NCBI GenBank assembly: GCA_037447605.1 | Contig: CM074817.1 | Location: 1,302,001-1,366,000 of the forward strand | Direction: 5' to 3' | DNA length: 64,000 bases | Origin: Zygnema circumcarinatum SAG 698-1b | Lineage: Eukaryota; Plantae; Zygnematophyceae | In this document: piece after piece, positions 56,813 to 64,000 of the stretch | Layout: the number at the start of each line of letters is the position of its first letter | Numbering within the stretch: position 1 is the first letter of the stretch | Translations under genes and position numbers: made by a program | The notes under the pieces: model-generated | Seen by the model: the letters and a program-made list of their open reading frames with translations, nothing else | Told to the model about the DNA's origin: nothing | The model's database searches: none

Positions 56813-57179
56813 TCCTTCTTTCTTTCTTTCTTTCCTTCTTTCTTTCTTTCTTTCTTTCTTTCCTTCTTTCTTTCTTTCTTTCTCTCCCTCCCTCCTCCTC
56901 CTTCCCTCCCTCCTCCCTCTCCCTCCCTCCCTCCCTCCCTCCCTCCCTCCCTCCCTCCCTCCCTCCCTCCCTCCCTCCCTCCCTCCCTCCCTCCCTCCCT
57001 CCCTCCCTCCCTCCCTCCCTCCCTCCCTCCCTCCCTCCCTCCCTCCCTCCCTCCCTCCCTCCCTCCCTCCCCTGCAGGTTCGAGTAGTCATCGACGGACA
57101 AGGCGTGTGTGAGCTTCAAGTCAACCGTCATTTCTACTTGTCTACTGGAGAGCTGTACTTGTCAGAAAACGGGAGATAG
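44527..57179 (+). CDS. IARS: Isoleucyl-tRNA synthetase, cytosolic; more than 25 exons
   Basis: FYDGPPFAT|GLPHYGH (HIGH motif), [58 protein letters not shown] and KKMSKRL (KMSKS motif). All introns I traced are GT-AG. The last exon reads VRVVIDG...SENGR*. Confidence 0.98.
52440..52506 (+). repeat. 14-bp tandem repeat (CCATTAGCCATCAG x about 4.5) in an IleRS intron
   Basis: Read directly. Confidence 0.9.
53983..53992. other. 10-N assembly gap within a G-rich IleRS intron
   Basis: Read directly. The flanking exons (...SEIK|VVREF...) join in frame across it. Confidence 0.99.
56386..57072 (+). repeat. About 690-bp compound microsatellite (CCCT)n-(CTTT)n-(CCCT)n in the last IleRS intron
   Basis: Pure polypyrimidine tract running directly into the CTGCAG acceptor at about 57077. 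Confidence 0.95.
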
Positions 57180-57563
57180 AAAGGGAGGGGAGCAAACGAG
57201 TTCGTCTTTATTCTCAGCTCAAGGGCGCGAGGAGGAGGGCTTCAAGGGATACTTGAGGCAAAAGGGAGGGAATTTGCCTTTTGTATCGACTCTTTATTCT
57301 TCAAGTTCAGAGCCGTTCGAGGTTGCAAATGGTTCGATCATGTTATGAATTGGCGTGTTTTTGCGTGACGTGACGTGACGTGACGTGGTATGTTTCAATG
57401 TCATCCCCAAGTGTGTAAAAGTGAATTTAAAGACGACCCTACTTATAGAATCTCGGGTTTTTAGGGTTTTTACGTAGAGAGATGTTGGCAGTGATCTCAC
57501 GTTTTTAGGGTTAGACTTTTTTTTTTTGTAAGAAAAAGTCGAAAGGGTGTCCTAAAGCCAATA

Positions 57564-57763
57564 GGGGGAGTCAGGCTTAACCCATGGCCAAATCAATCTT
57601 GTAAGCCTGTCGGGCGAATTAAGCATTGGCTAGGTACGTATTTCGGTACGGCTGGGTTCGGCGGAGCCGCGGATCCCGATCCGGAATTCGTACACGATAG
57701 AAGTGACTTTTAGTATACTAAATTCGGTAATTTAGTACGCTCTGGGCTAAGTCTGACCCCCCC
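57564..57763. mobile_element. MITE, 200 bp, same family as 40988-41191
   Basis: TA|GGGGGAGTCAGGCTTAACCCA ... TGGGCTAAGTCTGACCCCCCC|TA. The internal sequence aligns with the 40988 copy along its whole length. Confidence 0.88.
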
Positions 57764-57768
57764 TAATA

Positions 57769-58328
57769 GGGGGGGGTCAGACCTTGACCATCGCCAAACC
57801 AATTTCGTAAGCCCGTCGGGCCTATTCCGCCGTGTACGGCAGGCCTTTTTCGCAAAAAGTGGCCGTTCGGCAGGTTCGGGCCCCGCGAATTCAAGAAAAT
57901 AATTATTTTACCTTCGTATCTCCGAGCCCGGTCTGACCCCCCCCTTTTCGCCCCGCCGCGCTCCCTCCGCCGCCCGTCGCCCGCCGCCCTCCGTTTTGTC
58001 GCCACGCGCGCTTCACACGTGTCAGAGGCGCTCGCACGTGCGTGACGCGCATGGCGACAAGGCGGGGCACGATTCCTCATCGGCGGATTTGCTGCCTTTT
58101 CAACAAAACCGAAACGCAGGGCCTCCGGAGGCCCTGCGTTTCGGCGAGCGGATTTCGGCGGATTTCGGAAATTTGGGGACATTTTTGTAACCTATTCCGT
58201 AGTACGGACGGGACATGACAGGTTCGGGGGAGCCGCGGCTTCCGACCCAAAACCTGGAAACGAAATCAATACCTTTCCGTATAGGGAATCGTTGAATTTC
58301 GTAAGCGATGGTCAAGGTCTGACCCCCC
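57769..58328. mobile_element. 560-bp non-autonomous TIR element of the same family, with a different interior
   Basis: TA|G8-TCAGACCTTGACCATCGC ... GCGATGGTCAAGGTCTGA-C6|TA. The first ~50 nt are homologous to the short MITEs. Confidence 0.88.
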
Positions 58329-58869
58329 TAATGTGATCAGCCCAAAGGTAATGAGAGCAACACCGCCTCGGGCTGGGAGGACATCTGGTCATGCTCACTC
58401 GTGTGGGCTCTGAACATGACCACCTTCTTCTTAGTGCCCATTCCAGCTGCTGCTTGTAATTTCTTCTTAAAATTGTCAACAATCAGAGAAAACATTGCCT
58501 TGTCCATCGACAATGGTCTCATTGTGTCCAACATAGCAATGTTGTTGAACAACATTATGCTTGTTTTGCTAGCGCCTTTGAGCATTTTGAAAAGTCGTTG
58601 GACCATGTTTGTTATAGAACTGTTGTTCATGTTTGGTCGTAAGCTCTCGCAATCGCCTTCGCATTGGCTTCGCAGCTCTTCACATTCGCAGTTCTCGGAC
58701 TCCTCTCCCTTCGCAGCCACAACAGAGCGAGAAGCAACTGGAAATGCTTACAGTCGGGGGTCCTCATATTTTCCACCCTGGTTTTGGCCAATATGAGGCG
58801 AAAATATTGATTTTGCATATATAAGGTTCGTGTTACCAATAGACGGGCGGTATTATGTTAGAGTTCATG

Positions 58870-59335
58870 TTGGACCGTACGTATCGTACCATATCGTACC
58901 GTAGCGTACTGTATCGGCTACTGTATTACAGCTCGTACGGCTAGTGCGGATAGTACCGTATCGGGGCGTTTCGTATTGTACCGTATCGTACCGTACCGTA
59001 TCGTATTGTATTGAAGCCAAGAAGAAGGGGAGAAGAGCGAGCGCCTCTTACGGCGGCACGTGCGGGGAGATTAGGTGACTTTTGCGTAAGCCCGTAACGG
59101 CTAGTACAGCTAGTACGGCTAGTACGGCTAGTACCGTATCGGGTCGTTTCGTACCGTACCGTACCGTACCGTATCGTATTGAAGCCAAGAAGACGGGGAG
59201 AAGAGCGAGCGCCTCTTACGGCGGCACGTGCGGGGAGACTAGGTGAGTTTTGCGTAAGCCCGTAACGGCTAGTACAGCTAGTACGGACAATACGAACAGT
59301 ACGAATAGTACGGCTAACACCAAGTTACCGTACAA
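58870..59335 (+). repeat. GTACC/GTATC pentamer arrays containing a 168-bp tandem duplication; possibly the remnant of a DNA transposon
   Basis: GAAGCCAAGAAG...GGCGGCACGTGCGGGGAGA...CGTAACGGCTAGTACAGCT starts at both 59013 and 59181. Confidence 0.8.
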
Positions 59336-59462
59336 AAAGGTGGTTTCGGCAAAATCGGGGCGAATTTCTTAGGACGCACTCCTTAGGGCGGTAAATACGA
59401 GGACCCCCTACTGTAATTCTTTGATCCATGAGGAGGCCGTCGCTCTCCCTCTCCCTCGCCCC

Positions 59463-59508
59463 CTCCCTCTTCCACTCCCACTCCCACTCCCACTCCCACT
59501 CCCACTCC
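59463..59508 (+). repeat. (CCCACT)n hexamer repeat in the deaminase 5' leader
   Basis: About 6 units, read directly. Confidence 0.85.
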
Positions 59509-59532
59509 AGTGAGTGAGCTCGCTGTTGCAGA

Positions 59533-62075
<2,543 letters not shown>

Positions 62076-64000
62076 AGGATTGAAAGGAGGATGCGCGGCA
62101 TCTTGTCTTTGCTTTAGGGTGCATCAAGTGTGAGAGAATGGCGGAATTCACTTTGAAGCGGTGGCGTTGCTGCTTTCAGTTAGTGTTACATTGTAGATTT
62201 AGAACTATAAATGTTGATTGCTTACAACAGAGAAACAACATAAAGGTTAATGTTTATGTTAGTGTTAACAATGGTTGCAACAATACAAATTGGCATAGCA
62301 GCGACCCTTTCTTTGTAACTATCTCGCTCTTACATTGACTTCGACAACAACAAACTGTTTGAAATACTCCCCATTTGCCGATGTATCTCCACTTGTTGGT
62401 GCAGCAACCGCAATTGCAGGATCCATCTCCTTTGTTGTAAACATGATCTTAGCCAGCTTCTAATTGCCAGTCAAGAGAACATACAAAGCCAACAAAAAAT
62501 GCACATACGAAACTCCATTTTTCTCTTTTTTACTCCCCTTAAGGGTTCAAAACAAAAAAAAAGGAAGGGAATTTCATTGAACTCACGATGGCAAGGCCAA
62601 CAAATGTACATGGATAAAAGCATGATGTGGAACCACGAGGGACTGGTCGCAAAGGACCTAACTCAAAACTCTTTCAATACATAAACAAAAGGTATAACTC
62701 GATGGTTTGGCCCACTACAGTTCTAGCCAATTATTACTCTCCAAAAAATCTCCAATAAATAAACCTTATCTTCCTCACTTAGCAGTTGTAGGGAAGATCC
62801 ATCGTGAGCCATTCGTTAGGAGCGGAGATGGAGAGGGGCGCGCTAGGGAGTCGTTAGCGCTTGTGCATACGGGCTGTATTGATGAAGCACCACTTGCTCT
62901 AAGGCCGAACTTGCTCTTTCCATAGTATTCCGATAAACTCCGATAAATTCCGATAAACTAAGTTCAAAAGACTCCAAAGCAAAGAACAGCACACAAGAAA
63001 ATATTGGAGAAAGTACTCAACCTAAAACTCCATTAAATTTAGCAAAGTTACAAAGGTAAAGCAAGAAGTGCCACCCCAAAAGTTCCAACTTCTAACCTTG
63101 CATTTTAACACCAAAGCACCAAGGCAAGCCTTAACCCCTCCCGCACCCCTCCCGCACCTGTGAGAGGGTCGGCCATAGGCGAGGTGAAGCGCCTGCTGGT
63201 AAAGCAATAGGTGAAGTTGCAGTGGCAGGTGCTCCTCCCTCCTTCCTTGCCTTGCCTATTGCTCCCTCCCCTTCCCCCCTTTATTCTTTTTTTCTCGTTT
63301 TGTATATTCCCCCATTTGACATTGTTTATGATTTGTTTTATTTCTCCTTATTTCCATTTTAACCTTAGACATAATCCTCAATTTGCTGCTTCCTTTTTCT
63401 CTCTCCTTCTCTCTCTACGCGTGTGTGCAAACGCCGCTCTTTCTAGTCCGTCTGCCGACAACATTCCCTCCGTATCTCGTCAACTTTCAAAGTAGGTTCT
63501 TCCTTTGCAGAACACGGAGCCGGACAAAGAATGAAAGGCAACCCTTAGCCCCTCCCACACTTGCAAGAGGGTCGGCCATCCATGTCTATCCATATCGTGA
63601 TGAGCCGCCCCACTAACCCCATTATCTGCCATGTGACAGTGACTGGTTTACTATTGTATTGCATATTGTTGTTGTGATTTTGGGGTTCACACCGGACCCT
63701 CCAACAGCCGTGTCTCTTCTTAGGTTCATCTTGGCCATGCCTGACTGCTCACTTGACTAGACAAAGAGAGATAAAATGTAAGGGAAAGCCCACTGGCTAA
63801 AAATCACTTAATAACACTCAATAACAGATACAACATGTGTAGGCAGTCTATTCCTAATACTAATACTGGCTCTATTTTACGTTTTGCAAAAGCATTTTGC
63901 TATGCTCTTATTGACTAGTTGTAACAAACCCGACCTCAGCAGGGTTTGAACACAAGACCTTCCGGTACCCACACCAGTGCTTTACCATTAAAAGGCAACC

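Noticed and set aside
56086-57179. Long ORFs of 241-333 aa (poly-PSLP and poly-EGGR)
   Set aside because: These are translations of the (CCCT)/(CTTT) microsatellite inside an IleRS intron.

Overview
This is intron-rich eukaryotic nuclear DNA from the green-plant lineage. A streptophyte alga or non-seed plant is my inference, based on land-plant-type OTC, ARPC5 and At2g24100-like genes alongside intron-containing core histones and a bacterial/fungal-type adenine deaminase. I reconstructed 14 spliced protein genes by hand. In order: H4(-), H2B(+), gamma-glutamyl hydrolase(-), plastid OTC(+), ARPC5(+), an 800-aa modular LEA-like gene(-), a related 285-aa hydrophilin gene(+), an At2g34460-like Rossmann protein(+), H2B(-), H4(+), an At2g24100/ASG1-like gene(-), an At1g49975-like plastid protein(-), cytosolic IleRS(+) and a PA0148/Aah1-type deaminase(+). 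Non-coding features are a 5'-truncated 5S rRNA copy, three members of one TA-flanked MITE family, several microsatellites and two 10-N gaps. There is no CRISPR array and no tRNA. Four observations stand out. (1) A head-to-head pair of LEA-like genes is built entirely from phase-0 exons, with a recurring junction-spanning amphipathic motif followed by His-rich exons in the larger gene. (2) The deaminase keeps its metal ligands but appears to have a remodelled substrate pocket. (3) Two divergent H4-H2B pairs share a CCAAT-N19-octamer promoter module. (4) The two H4 copies have a near-identical 99-nt 3' coding tract despite heavy synonymous divergence elsewhere. All family assignments come from recalled sequence motifs, not database searches.
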